Assembly: GCA_965112735.1 (NCBI GenBank)
Contig: OZ218962.1
Span: 248,001 to 312,000, forward strand
DNA: 64,000 nt
Direction: 5' to 3'
DNA from: Phaeosaccion multiseriatum
Taxonomy: Eukaryota; Protista; Ochrophyta, other classes
Below, piece by piece: positions 13,639 through 24,639 of the stretch (position 1 is the first letter of the stretch; the number at the start of each line of letters is the position of its first letter). A program made the position numbers and the translations under genes. The notes under the pieces were generated by a model. The model ran no database searches. It saw only the letters and a program-made list of their open reading frames with translations, and had not been told where the DNA came from.

Positions 13639-14829
13639 ATGGCAACCCAACCTCTCATCCTCACTCCTTCTTCTTGTGGTGCGACTGGCCTGGCGGCCCC
13701 TTCGAAGCAAATGATGCCATGCCGAACCACCACCAGCAGCACCGCCACCCTCAGCACTAGTATTAGCAGCACCCGACGGCCTCTCGGGCTGTGGGTACTT
13801 CCCCTCCTTCTCTGGTCGCTGGTCCTGCTCTCTGCCAGCGTGGGCGATGCCGCTGTCGGCGCCGGTGGGGGCAAATCAACCTCATCCAAGAGGGTATCTG
13901 CGTCGTTGTCTGCCGGCTACGACCAGACCATCACCCTGTTCAACCCGGAGGGCCTCATCTTGCAGGTGGACTACGCCCAGAGGAGTGTGGCCCACTATGG
14001 TGCGCCCATGGTCGGGGTGCAGGGCGAGACCTGCGTGGTGGTTGCATCCGCCAAGTTGCTTCCCACCCCCCGGGCTGGGGACCACCTCGTAGAGCCCTCC
14101 TCCGTGACCAACACGCACCTCGTCTCCGCTGGGCTGGCCTACGTGGGGAGTGGAGTGCCTGGAGATGTGCTGTACCAGGTTAAGCGGGCGCGACTGCACG
14201 CGCTGGAGTACAAGCAGTCCTATGGACACACCATGCCGGCCTTTCTGCTGGCCCGGAAGCTGGCAGACATCGCGCAGGTGTACACCCAACACGCGGAGAT
14301 GCGCCCTTTGGGCTGCACCTGCCTTCTCCTCAGCATGGAGGAGCACAGAGGCCCGCACCTGCACAGAGTCGATCCCACGGGGCAGAGTCACCGGGTATGG
14401 GCGGTCGCGGCCGGTCAAGGCTCGGGGGCCGCCTCCTCCTGGCTGGAGGGTGTGTACAAGGAGAGCGAGGAGGGAGGACAGGCTGGAAAGGGAAAAGGCG
14501 CAGAGGAGGGGGAGGAGGAGAAGGAGCAAGTGCCGCCCAAGGAGAGAAGCGAATGCCTCCGCCTGGCCCTGAGAGGCCTGAGGAAGGCGTGTGCCGCCCT
14601 TTCTAAGGACAAGGCCAAGGATGGACACGCCTCTCCGTCGCTGCCGCTGTCAGGCCTCACGACTGAAGTGGTGGTGGCGTCTCGCAAGGGCATCGAGCTC
14701 ATCTCGGCACAGGAGATCGACGCCCTCTTGGAGGAGTCCGTCGGGGAGGATGGCGATGGCGATGGCGATGGCGATGGCGATGGCGATGGCGATGGCGATG
14801 GCGATGGCGATGGCGATAGGGAGGAGTAG
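13639..14829 (+). CDS. PSMA6: Divergent 20S proteasome subunit alpha-1 (alpha type-6)-like protein with an N-terminal signal-peptide-like extension; intronless
   Basis: SAGYDQTITLFNPEGLILQVDYA (alpha N-terminal signature) and ADIAQVYTQHAEMRPLG (alpha-1 signature). These are preceded by hydrophobic LGLWVLPLLLWSLVLLSASVGDA. Start could be 13639 or 13711. C-terminal (DG)n is encoded by (GATGGC)n. Confidence 0.85.
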   Translation: MATQPLILTPSSCGATGLAAPSKQMMPCRTTTSSTATLSTSISSTRRPLGLWVLPLLLWSLVLLSASVGDAAVGAGGGKSTSSKRVSASLSAGYDQTITLFNPEGLILQVDYAQRSVAHYGAPMVGVQGETCVVVASAKLLPTPRAGDHLVEPSSVTNTHLVSAGLAYVGSGVPGDVLYQVKRARLHALEYKQSYGHTMPAFLLARKLADIAQVYTQHAEMRPLGCTCLLLSMEEHRGPHLHRVDPTGQSHRVWAVAAGQGSGAASSWLEGVYKESEEGGQAGKGKGAEEGEEEKEQVPPKERSECLRLALRGLRKACAALSKDKAKDGHASPSLPLSGLTTEVVVASRKGIELISAQEIDALLEESVGEDGDGDGDGDGDGDGDGDGDGDGDREE

Positions 14830-16164
14830 GAAAGGGGCCCCATAGGGTAAGATATCGCGCGGCTCTTGGCGGACGGTAGTCTTGGACCGAGCCATGTGGG
14901 TATCGAAGGTGCGCTGTTGCGAGACACCGAGGTGAAGGTGAATGGTGTGACGACTCGGAGTCCCCTCCCCCCCTTGGACTGGTCCTGTCCTTGTGTGTGG
15001 ATGTATGTGATGCTCGGCCCACCGGGGAGGCATAGGGTCGAAGCACCTACGCTCTCTCTCGCTCTGTGTGTGCGTACCTGTGTCTATGTGTTGATTGGTG
15101 GCAGCAGGATGAGGCGAAAGAGACCCGGCTGAGTATGGCTGAGAAGAGGGCATGCTGGCACGCACCAAAGGCGGGCATGCAGGGCACATGAGCCTCAAGG
15201 CAGGAGGGCTGCCGACCAAGCGTGGTGCTGGGGAGCGGCGGAGCGTCCAGAGGAGAGATGGAACATTCTGTGGAACATTCTGGCTCTCATTGGAGCTCTC
15301 ATTCGAGCTCTTGTTCGTGACTTGGTGTGAGCGACAAGGCCAGCAGCGCCAGTGGCCAAAAGTCGGCAGGAGAGGGCGGTTGTGGGGGCAGGTGGTCGGA
15401 AGTCGGCAGCAAGAGGTCCCTCCGAATGGCCAGCTAGAAGTCCGTCTCTCTCAAGCCGCTCCAGCATGGATCAGGTCGGTCGGGTAGAGGGAAGCTGTCC
15501 ATTGGTCCGTTGGGCCCGGCAGTGTGGATGGCGAGAGCTTTTCCTCACAAGGGCCCTCAGAGTAAACGACGCGTCGTTAACTTTAAGAGCGCTTGTTGCT
15601 CAGAGTAGGGGGAGGATGGCGGCAGAGAGCAGAGCCAGACGACTGTACACCAAGACAATCATCCAGGGTCAAGGGACACCTTGAGAGAGAAGTGCTATAG
15701 GAGAGAAGGAGCGAGAGCAGAACAGTACTCGCCTCTCGGAGAACACTTTTTGGCAGCGTCAGCCGTTGCAGGTGCACGCTTGTACGCCCCCCTGGGTTAC
15801 GCTGCGTCATTTAAAAGGACTACGATGTTACGACAGAGCTACGCGGCAGGACATGCTTTGGAATACGCAGAGCAGCAGGACATGCTTTGGAATAAGCAGA
15901 GCAGCAGGAGAGAGCTCAATAACCAGAGCAGCGGTCCGTCCGTCCGCTCGCTCGCTCGCTTGACAGCGGGCTTGAGTGTGATAATACTTTCCCGGCCTTT
16001 GTTCCAAGGAATCTTTAATGTAGAAGTACAATTGCCGGGCTGCAATATACTAGTATTTCATTGTTTATTTCATTTATTACGAATAGTTCCAAGGAACCTT
16101 TAGTGTTACATAGAAGTACAATACACAATACATGGTCTAGGAATGGTGTCTAGAGCATTTTCCC

Positions 16165-18459
16165 TCAAATTGTTTCAAGCACCATGTTGTCCACTGTGAA
16201 GGCGCCAGCCGCCGTGCCTGATTGGATGCCGAACTTGACGGGGATGGACACATCGCTCACGCTTCCCTCGAGGGTGCACGTGGTGGTTTGCGCCCCAGCC
16301 ACGCAGTCGGAGGATGCAAACGGCGTCCAGGGGCTTCCGCTCTGCTGCATGTACAGTTGCACGGTCTGCGCCCCGCCGGAGGATTGGACGTCGACAGAGA
16401 GCCTGTAGCTCTGATCCACCGCCGGCACAGTGAAGTCCTGGTGGAGCTGCATGTACCACGGTTGTGCATTCGCAGCGTCGAGGCTGAATACGACTTCTCC
16501 GTTTGAGGCTGTAATGGCCCCACCCAGCACCCCTCCGTTGACGTAAGTCCTCCACCCGTCCAGACCAGCCTGGAAGTCCCCGTTGGTGAAGAGGGACGTG
16601 GGGGCAGGAGCAGGAGAAGGAGCCGGCTGCTGCCCGTCGCTGAGACTGGCGGAGACGTTGTCTACGATGAAGTCGCCGGCGCTGTTGCCCCCCATGATTA
16701 CAAACTTGACCCCTCCGGCAATGGTGACATCGGCAGTCACACTGCACCTCGTTACGGTTGCCGCCACTACGCTGCACGTGCTTCGTCCGAAGGTGGCCCA
16801 TGTGCCTCCATTCTGCTCCACGACGAGCTCAACATCCACTGGCCCTCCCACCGATTGAATATCTGCCGACAGCGTGTACAGCTCGTTCGCACTGAGGGCG
16901 GTGATGGTCTGGTACAGCTGCACATGCCAGCTCACAGAGCTCGGGGAGCCGATGCTGAATTGGGCGGTACCGTCGGGGGCGGTAATGAAGTTGGCGGCAG
17001 GGTTCTGCACGTACGTAGACCATCCCGACAGACCGTTGGAGAATTCCGCGTTCACCAACAGCTCACCGGCACCGGGTGGTGCGTCCGGCCTGTGAAGGGG
17101 AAGGGGGGAAGGAGAGCAGTCCGTCAGCCAGTCAGTCAGTCAGTCAGTCAGTCAGTCGAGAGAAAACGAGAGCGAGGCAGAGCGAGACTCTCAAAGCCCC
17201 CCGGCCCAGGAGAAGGAGGAAGGGGGCGGCATAGGCAGGTGGGCAGGCAGGCAGATAGGTAGATAGGTAGGTAGGTAGGTAGACAAGGCAGACAGGCAAG
17301 TGGGTAGGTAGGTAGGTAGGTAGGTAGGGAGACAAGCCAAGCAGACGGGCAGGCCCTTTTGTACGAGTGGAAACCAAGCAGACGAGATACAGACAGACTG
17401 ACCAGGGCACCCACGACCAGCGGCTGTAGTCCGGGAGGGGTTGGTCTGCACCGACGTAATCGACGGCCAGGTTGTACAGGTCCTCGAACGGCACCAAGGC
17501 GAACTCCTCCCGCTCGAGCGTGTCGCCGCGGCCGAGGGTGTACCAGCCGCCACAGGACAGCTTGAACGAGTCCAAGCTGGCGTAGAAGGTAGCTGCAGAG
17601 TATCCGGGCAGCGACCTCAGGTCATAGTCCAGTGCCATCGCCCTCACCCTGCCCAGCATGGTCCCGCCGTTCCACACCACAATCTGCCAGTTGAGCTGGT
17701 AGTTGTCGAAGGACGCCACGTCCGCCAGGAGGCCCAGCATGGCCACGGGTCGCATGGCGAGGGACAAGGAGCCTTGGCCCGCCTCCAGCAGCACTTGGTC
17801 GTACTGCGTCGTCCAGAAGAGGGCAGGGTCACGGAATGAAATGCCGGGTGAGAGGAAGTTGGAAGTAGCGTAAGAAGTCGCGTTCACACAGGGGAGAGGG
17901 GGAGGTCAGAGGAAGAGGAAGTAGCGTTAGAAGTCGCGTTCACACAGGGGAGAGGGGGAGGTCAGAGGACTTGGGGGAGGACTTGGGGGTGGGGGGCAAG
18001 CCACACAGTTCAATCGGAGTGTGACGTGCTCGGGCCACAGAGCAATCTTCAAGCAACAGACAAGCAGCGCCTGACCACCTGCCAGCTGGCCAATACACCA
18101 CCTACGGCACCCACCTGACTCTGCGTCACGGCGCCCTCGCTCAGCAGGAAGTCCAGTCCGTTGGTCCTGAATTCCGGGTCGGTGAAGTAGCCCACGCCCA
18201 GCAGGATTTCCAGGAGCCCGTCGTCGCTCGCGAGGTTGTGCTCGAAGGAGCGGGAGATCGCCTCCGGGATGACGAAGTTGTGGTAGTTCAAATCGGCCAA
18301 GAAGGGCGCCTGGTTGGTGCCCAGGAAGTATGTCTGCGCGTCTACCACTGGGAACGATTGCAGCCTTCTGCTGTTGCCGCGGAGATGGGCAGCGGTTCCC
18401 GGTTGGGCCAGCACAGCGAGGAGACCCGCAAGCGCAGGAACGAACGTACCAGTCCTCAT
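16165..18459 (-). CDS. Secreted protein with two C-terminal CBM4/9-like carbohydrate-binding modules and an unidentified N-terminal domain; 3 exons
   Basis: Exons 18459-18115, 17803-17415 and 17089-16165 join in frame. Signal peptide MRTGTFVPALAGLLAVLAQPGTA. Repeats LVNAEFSNGLSGW...WHVQLYQ...YTLS and FTNGDFQAGLDGW...WYMQLHQ...YRLS are separated by a PAPSPAPAP linker. Confidence 0.8.
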
Positions 18460-19064
18460 TTTAATGGCCTTGTAGTGGTCCCCGTTGTTAGGACAAGTTG
18501 TGATCAGGCCATGTAGAAGGGAGGGGGTGGGGATGGGCCAAGGGAGGCAGGGAGAAGCAGGAGAAGCAGAAGAGTTTAGCAAAACGCAACCAGTGACAAT
18601 GTGAAGCCCTGGTTGCGAAAAAAGACACGGCAGCTTGAAGGCCAACAGTCCCCGGCTAAGAACATGAGAAAGGCATGGCTCCACCCTCCACGCTTACCAG
18701 CAGAGATGGAATGAGGCTCCGATGTCTGTGCAACTGGCCTCTCTTGCTTGTACAGTCGTCTATTTCGTGTGAAAAAGACGAACTTCGGGACCTGTTCCGC
18801 GAATGGCTTTCAGTTTGATGGCCAGGGCAAATTCGGCGCCAAAAAACGAGAAAGGCAGTGGGTGGAGGAGAAGAAGAAATTGCGGGTGTTTGCAGTTTGC
18901 AGACGAGGGGAGGGGAGAGGGAGTGTTTGCTGAAGCGCGGCTCGTGTGTTGGCAAGGAATCACGGTAACGAGGCTCAAAGGAAAAGTGACGCTGGAGAGA
19001 AGAGAGGGGCGGCTGGGAAGGGGGGGGGGTTGCGACTGTGCGGTCGCTGCCAAGAACGAAAAGA

Positions 19065-19537
19065 TCGCCCCCGTGCACGCCTAGCGGCCTAGGCTCTAGG
19101 CCTAGGCCGGCGGCCTCCGACCGCTCTAGGCCGCTCACTTTTCAGCCCTAGGCGGCCTATAGCCCGCCTCTAGGCAGCCTCCCAGTGACCGTGGGCGCGT
19201 GCGTGGTGCCGCCCAGCCAGTGGGTAGCAGCACACCTGTAGGCCTGCACTCCTCGTAGGGCCAGCGAGGCGGAAAGAGACAACACGAACCAAGTCTAGCT
19301 ACTCCTCACTTATCCCATGCAATACATTTGCTTAAGACTGACGACACTTGGGCGGGTTCCGGGCCAGCCCAAGGGCATATGAGCATATTCCCGCCCTGGA
19401 CCTGCGCCTAGTTGGCGTCTGCCCTAGGCCGCGGGCCTCGCCTAGGCGGCCTATAAATAGGCCGAGGGCCTACGGCCCTCGCTAGGCCGGGCAATTTTCC
19501 AAAATAGGCCTAGGCCGCTAGGCGTGCACGGGGGCGA
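19065..19537. mobile_element. MITE / non-autonomous TIR transposon, 473 bp
   Basis: Perfect 30-bp TIR TCGCCCCCGTGCACGCCTAGCGGCCTAGGC (19065-19094 / 19508-19537). 6-bp TSD AAAAGA (19059-19064 / 19538-19543). Many subterminal CCTAGG/TAGGC motifs. Confidence 0.9.
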
Positions 19538-19855
19538 AAAAGAGCAAGAACAACACTCTGTGTGGTCGATGTGGAGAGGATGCGTCGATGGCACCTTACC
19601 TCCCTTGTAACTCAGTTTTTTTTTCTCAACAGAATCCACACTGGCGAATTTATTAGGTATCCTGTCACAGCTTAACCGCTTCTCATCCTTCGCCTCTCGC
19701 TTCCTCTGGACGCGACCCCTTCTGCCCTTCCGTTAGTCGCATGCCCTCCTGCCGTAGGTACAAGGTGAGGTAGGCAGGGAGTATACCGCTACTGCCCGCT
19801 CTCGTCGGGCGGCTGGCATCGTGCAGTGCCCCCCTGCTACACTGCTAGAGCTGCT

Positions 19856-21323
19856 TCAGCTGGCCATGCCGTTGGCGGACAGGGCAACCACGGAGCTGCA
19901 CAGCTGGGCGACGTTGGTGACCTGCTTGAAGAACCAACCAGGCACGCAGGAGAGGACCAGCCACCCGAGTAGCTCGGAGTGGCCCAGGTGCGCCTGCACA
20001 TACAGGAAGCAGTACAGCAGCTCTGCGCTGAGGATGCTCCACCCGAAGAGCGGTTTGTGTATGTAGTAGGCCCTGAGGATGGGGTTCAATGAAGTGTCCC
20101 CCATGTCCTTGTGGTGCCGCGTCTTGCCCCGCCCCTGCAGCGGCGCAGAGGCGGAGCGATACATATGGAACCAGTGGCTGGCCGTGTCGAGCACCATCAT
20201 CGAGATGAAGAAGGGGGCGAAGTGCGGGTACAGACCCGCGAGGACGGTGAGCAGCGCCGCTGTGGAGCAGCGATCCGTCACCATGTCAAGGACAACGCCG
20301 AGCCGAGAAGTTTGGTCCAAGGCGCGGGCAGCTAGGCCGTCCGTATAGTCCATGCAGAACGACGCCAGGTACAGCCCGCTGGCCTGTGAGGGGTAGCGAT
20401 AGTTGGGGGCAGGGGTGGATGTGAGTGAGTGAGGGAGTGAGTGAGTGATTGAGTTGACTCTGCCTGCCCGGAGGAGGTGGAAGGAAAGTTGTTGGTCTAC
20501 CACTTCCGCACGCCTGTGGGTTATAAAGTGTGTGTTGCGGAGTTCCTGGCAGAGATGCAGATGCTGGCCCCAGCCTGCTCAGCACCCTCAAGGCCAGCCC
20601 CCTTGTCGCCATCGGTATCGCGTCGCAGACAGACAAGTGCCCCTCCTCCCCTCACCACAGCAGCGGTTAAGGAGGCAGCAAATCCTCCCCGCCTTCTCCC
20701 CCCTCCGCGGTACAGCACAAGAGCAACACACTCACCAGCTTCCAGTTGTCCTTGGCGTACAAGACCGCCCCGGCCAGCAGGCCAATCCGCACGTACCCAA
20801 TCAAGTTGGGCAGGTACAGCATCACCGCGAAAGGGCCGTCGGAAGCGCTGCCCTTGCTCAGCAGCCCGCCCCCCCCCCGCCAGCGCAGGAGAAGCTTCGA
20901 GGTTGTAGCAACATTCGCAGGAGACCCCCTCTCGAGGCTCGCCGCTTCCACGTCCTGCCTTTGTCCAATAAGCGCACTCCTCGGCTGCTCCGAATCGGAA
21001 CCTTTTGTCCTTGCTACGCTCGCTTCTGCCGCTGCTCCTTCAAAGCCTCCTCCTTCGCCTTTCCTTGCTGTCCTCCGTATTCGTCTCTTGCGTTGCAGAA
21101 GAGAGGAGCCAGGAGACAGCTCCGTCGGGACGAACCCGTCCCATTGCTCCAACTGCTGCGCCGCTGCAATGAGCTTTAATCGCCCGTTGCCCCAGCTGCT
21201 GCGCACCCCAATGCTTCCGACGCCGATGATACTAGCACTGCTATCGCTGATGCTGCTGCTGCACGATGCTGTAGCTGCTACGGCGCACGCCATTGCACAT
21301 CGACACCAAAGGAAGGAAAACAT
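19856..21323 (-). CDS. PIS1: CDP-diacylglycerol--inositol 3-phosphatidyltransferase (phosphatidylinositol synthase) with a long N-terminal extension; 2 exons
   Basis: Exons 21323-20736 and 20383-19856. VMLYLPNLIGYVRI; CDP-alcohol phosphotransferase motif DYTDGLAARALDQTSRLGVVLDMVTDR; LDTASHWFHMY; NPILRAYY; FFKQVTNVAQL. Start codon uncertain. Confidence 0.88.
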
Positions 21324-21620
21324 ATTTTTTGATGCAGTTCTTCCCCTTTAACTTCACTCAGACTCCTGCAACTATACAAGCATCAGCTCATTGTCAAATC
21401 AAATGCAAGTGCAACCCATAGGCAGCCAAAGGAGAAAGGAGGAGGAGAGAAGGGATTGCCACGGGGGAACAAACGACCGAAAGGCGCCAATTGTGACCTC
21501 TGAATTCTACTCCAATCACTTCGGCTTTTTTTTTTTTTTTTTTTTTTCTTCTCATAATTTCTTAAATATGTTCCGGCTGCGCTGCCCGGGAGAAGCTCTC
21601 CTCCCCGCCAAGTACGCTCG

Positions 21621-23499
21621 TTACTTTCTCTTGAGCTCCCTTTCCAGAAAGCTGGCGAGTGTGTCGCCCTCCAGCCCCTCGCCTTCCTCCTCCTCTGCCC
21701 CCCCCTCCTCCTCCTCCTCCTCGTCCCCCCCACCCCCCTGTCCTTCACTGCCCCCCTCTCCTCGCTGCGGGTCTTCTCCCCTTCTCGTGGTGCTGCCGAT
21801 CTCGGTGCCAAAGACGCCATCCTCATTCCCACCGCCGTCTCGAGCGGAAGACGCTCCTCTCAGAGCGCTCTCTCCACCCTCCGCCTTGCCCGCACCACCA
21901 CCACCACCACCACCACCTCGCCCTCCCCCCTGCCCCTCATCGTCCCGCTGATCCTCCCCCTCCCACCCTCCCTGTCCCTGCCCCTGCTCCTGCTCCTGCT
22001 CCTGCGCCTGCTTGCCGAGCACCTTCTGCATCAGCTCCATCTGGTCCTCCCCCACCCCCCCGTCTACGCCCGCCATGCCGGTGTCGTCAAGTCCGTCCGC
22101 CTCTGTGAGCGCCTCCCTACCCAGCCGCACATGGAACTTCAGCACCACCTCCCTGCCCAGCAAGTCCTGCAGGTCCCTCTGTGCCGTTTGCTTGATGAGA
22201 CGCAGCTGCCCGAGCACGATGTACTTTTGCTGCTGCCGCGCCACGATGAGCTCCTGCTCCACAAACACCTTGCCTGGTGGGTGGGTTGTAATGTGTCAAT
22301 GGGTGGGTGGGTGGGCGAGTCGCATCGCAACCAGACGAACGGTGAGGGAGACAGATTGAGAAAGGGAGCGACGGAGAGACGGAGAAGAGAGAGAGGGAGA
22401 TAGGCAGAGAGGGATGCAAAGACGCGTCGCTTCTCCTACTCTGGGGCATAACAGCCCAGCTCGAAATCGGTGTGGGCCTTCCTTCCGACGCGCCTGCCCC
22501 CTCGATCATACACATGGATACAAACTCTCTGGCCCCCCCCCCTCTGTGGTAAGAAGAGCGAGATCAAGGCTCTCCTCCTGCCAGGTGCCCTCGTGTTGCG
22601 CTATTCCTTGCTGCCGTCATTGTCCTCCTTGTACCGCCCTTCCTCTTGAGCCTCACCTGTGGGCGTGAGGGTGATGTTGCGCGTGTGCTGGCGGATGAAG
22701 TACGGCACCTCCTTGTTGAGGAAGACATAGAGCTTCTCTCGAATGATCTCGACCACCCTCTCCCCCATGTCCATGTCTGTCTGCTCATCTGCCTCGAACT
22801 CCCAAGGACCGGGACGGGCCTGTACGGAGAAGCGTTTCCGAGTTGACCGTTACACCACCACCACCACCACCAGCACCACGCCCAACAACAACAAGCCGAG
22901 GAGCAAGTACACAGGGGTAAGTAGGGACTGATATCAGCAGAGGGAAATTCTACTACAAAGGAAGGAGAAGGGCGGCTTTCTTGCGAATGTGCGGTCTGCG
23001 TAGGCCCTATGCCGAACCTCGGCCGCTGGAACGCAGCTCGCCCCTCCAACCATCTAAAAGAGGATTCTGTAACTGCACCGTAAACGCACCTTGGAGTAGA
23101 GGTACCGCTTGACATCATCCGTCCCGTCTTCGTCCCTGGCTCCAATCATAAAGAATGTGAACTCCTCACAGCGCTCCCGCTTCTTCATGACAACGGGCTG
23201 ATGCTGATTCTCGCGTGGCCCTTCCCGTCCCCAGTCCACCCCTCCTCTTCCGCCCCTCCGCCTCCTCCTCTGCCTCCCAGCCCCACCCTTTCCCAGGGTA
23301 GCGACCGGTCTCCGCTCCTCGTTCTCCTCGGCCCTTCGCCGCACCACCCCCGCCTCCCCCTCCATCTCCCACGCCAACCGCATCTTAGCCTCGTCAGCAA
23401 TGTCCATGAGCAGATCTATCTTGTCCAGCAGCAGCCGCTTCGGCTCCACCAGATCCACCTTGTTCAGACAGACCACAATGTCCCCCAAGCTGGTATTAC

Positions 23500-23543
<44 letters not shown>

Positions 23544-24412
23544 GTTGCTGCCAAAAGGCTCTCCCCGTCGGCCTCTCGCTCCTGCCCCTCCTGCTCCTGC
23601 CGCTCCCTCTGCTCCTGCTCCACCTGCTGCCGGTGCCTCAGCCCTTCCACGAACAGGGACTGCAGGTTCTCTCTGTCCCTCGGCCCCACCCTCCTCGCAG
23701 CGTCCACCACCATGAGGGTGAGGTCCACCGTCGCGATGCCGTCTCTCGCCGCCGTGTACAGCGACGACACGTACCTGTCGCGGTCCCTCCACGTTACAAA
23801 GCCCGGCGTGTCGCAGAACACCACTTGTGTGTCCCCCTCTGTGAGCACGCCCAGCGCCTGGTCGCGAGTGGTGTTGCGCTTGGGGCTGATGGCGCTCACT
23901 TTGGTGCCGACCAGGGTGTTGAGTAAGGTGGACTTTCCGGCGTTGGGCAGCCCCACCACAGCCACATCGAGCTTCTTCTCGTCCGCCTTCTTGCCCAACG
24001 GCCTCGGCGTGTAGTTGCGATGGGCGAACATTCTCTCCAGGCGGGAAACTGTGGCACCTTCACTGTCATGGTCATCGAGCACCTCCTCCGCGTGATTGTC
24101 CAAGTCACTGCCGCTCCGTTGACCGACAGGCGTACTGCTGCTCATTACTCTTCTGCCACCACCCTGTCGGAAGGTCGTCAAGCACGGACGAGAGGCAGCA
24201 GCAGCCCCGGCCGCCATTGACGAGCTCCTGCGGCGGCTGGAGGCGGCCGAGTAAGCTCTGTCGGACCCACCTGCCCACTCCGCCGCCCGAGGGTGCAGTA
24301 CCAGCAAGGCCCTGATGCTACACCAGCCAACATGGCGACTATCCATGCTGCTCCTGCCGCTCCTGCTGCTGCCGCAAGGCAGGCATCTTCTCAAAGATCG
24401 CTGGCCCCACAT
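21621..24412 (-). CDS. era: Era-family GTPase (probably organellar, ERAL1-like); multi-exon
   Basis: G1 [20 protein letters not shown]3 DTPG, G4 NKVD. KH-like region [17 protein letters not shown]...[18 protein letters not shown]...[14 protein letters not shown]. Arg/Ser-rich N-terminal extension. Exons about 24412-23091, ~22846-22657 and ~22269-21621. Confidence 0.88.
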
Positions 24413-24639
24413 TGCGTGTGTGATTGCAAGGCGTTTTTCGGCTCACTTTTATACCGTCGAGCGCCGGCCCAAAAAGGGAGAAAAAAAAGAAATTATAAAC
24501 TTTCCCGGCCTGCGGCGCCACCCCCTCTCTGATCAACCTCTACATGCTCCGCGAAGCGTGCGCGAGAGAGTAGAGGCAACTGAAGAAGACCAATGCGTTG
24601 TATATACAAATTATGTACACGGATAGGTGTAGTTCACCC

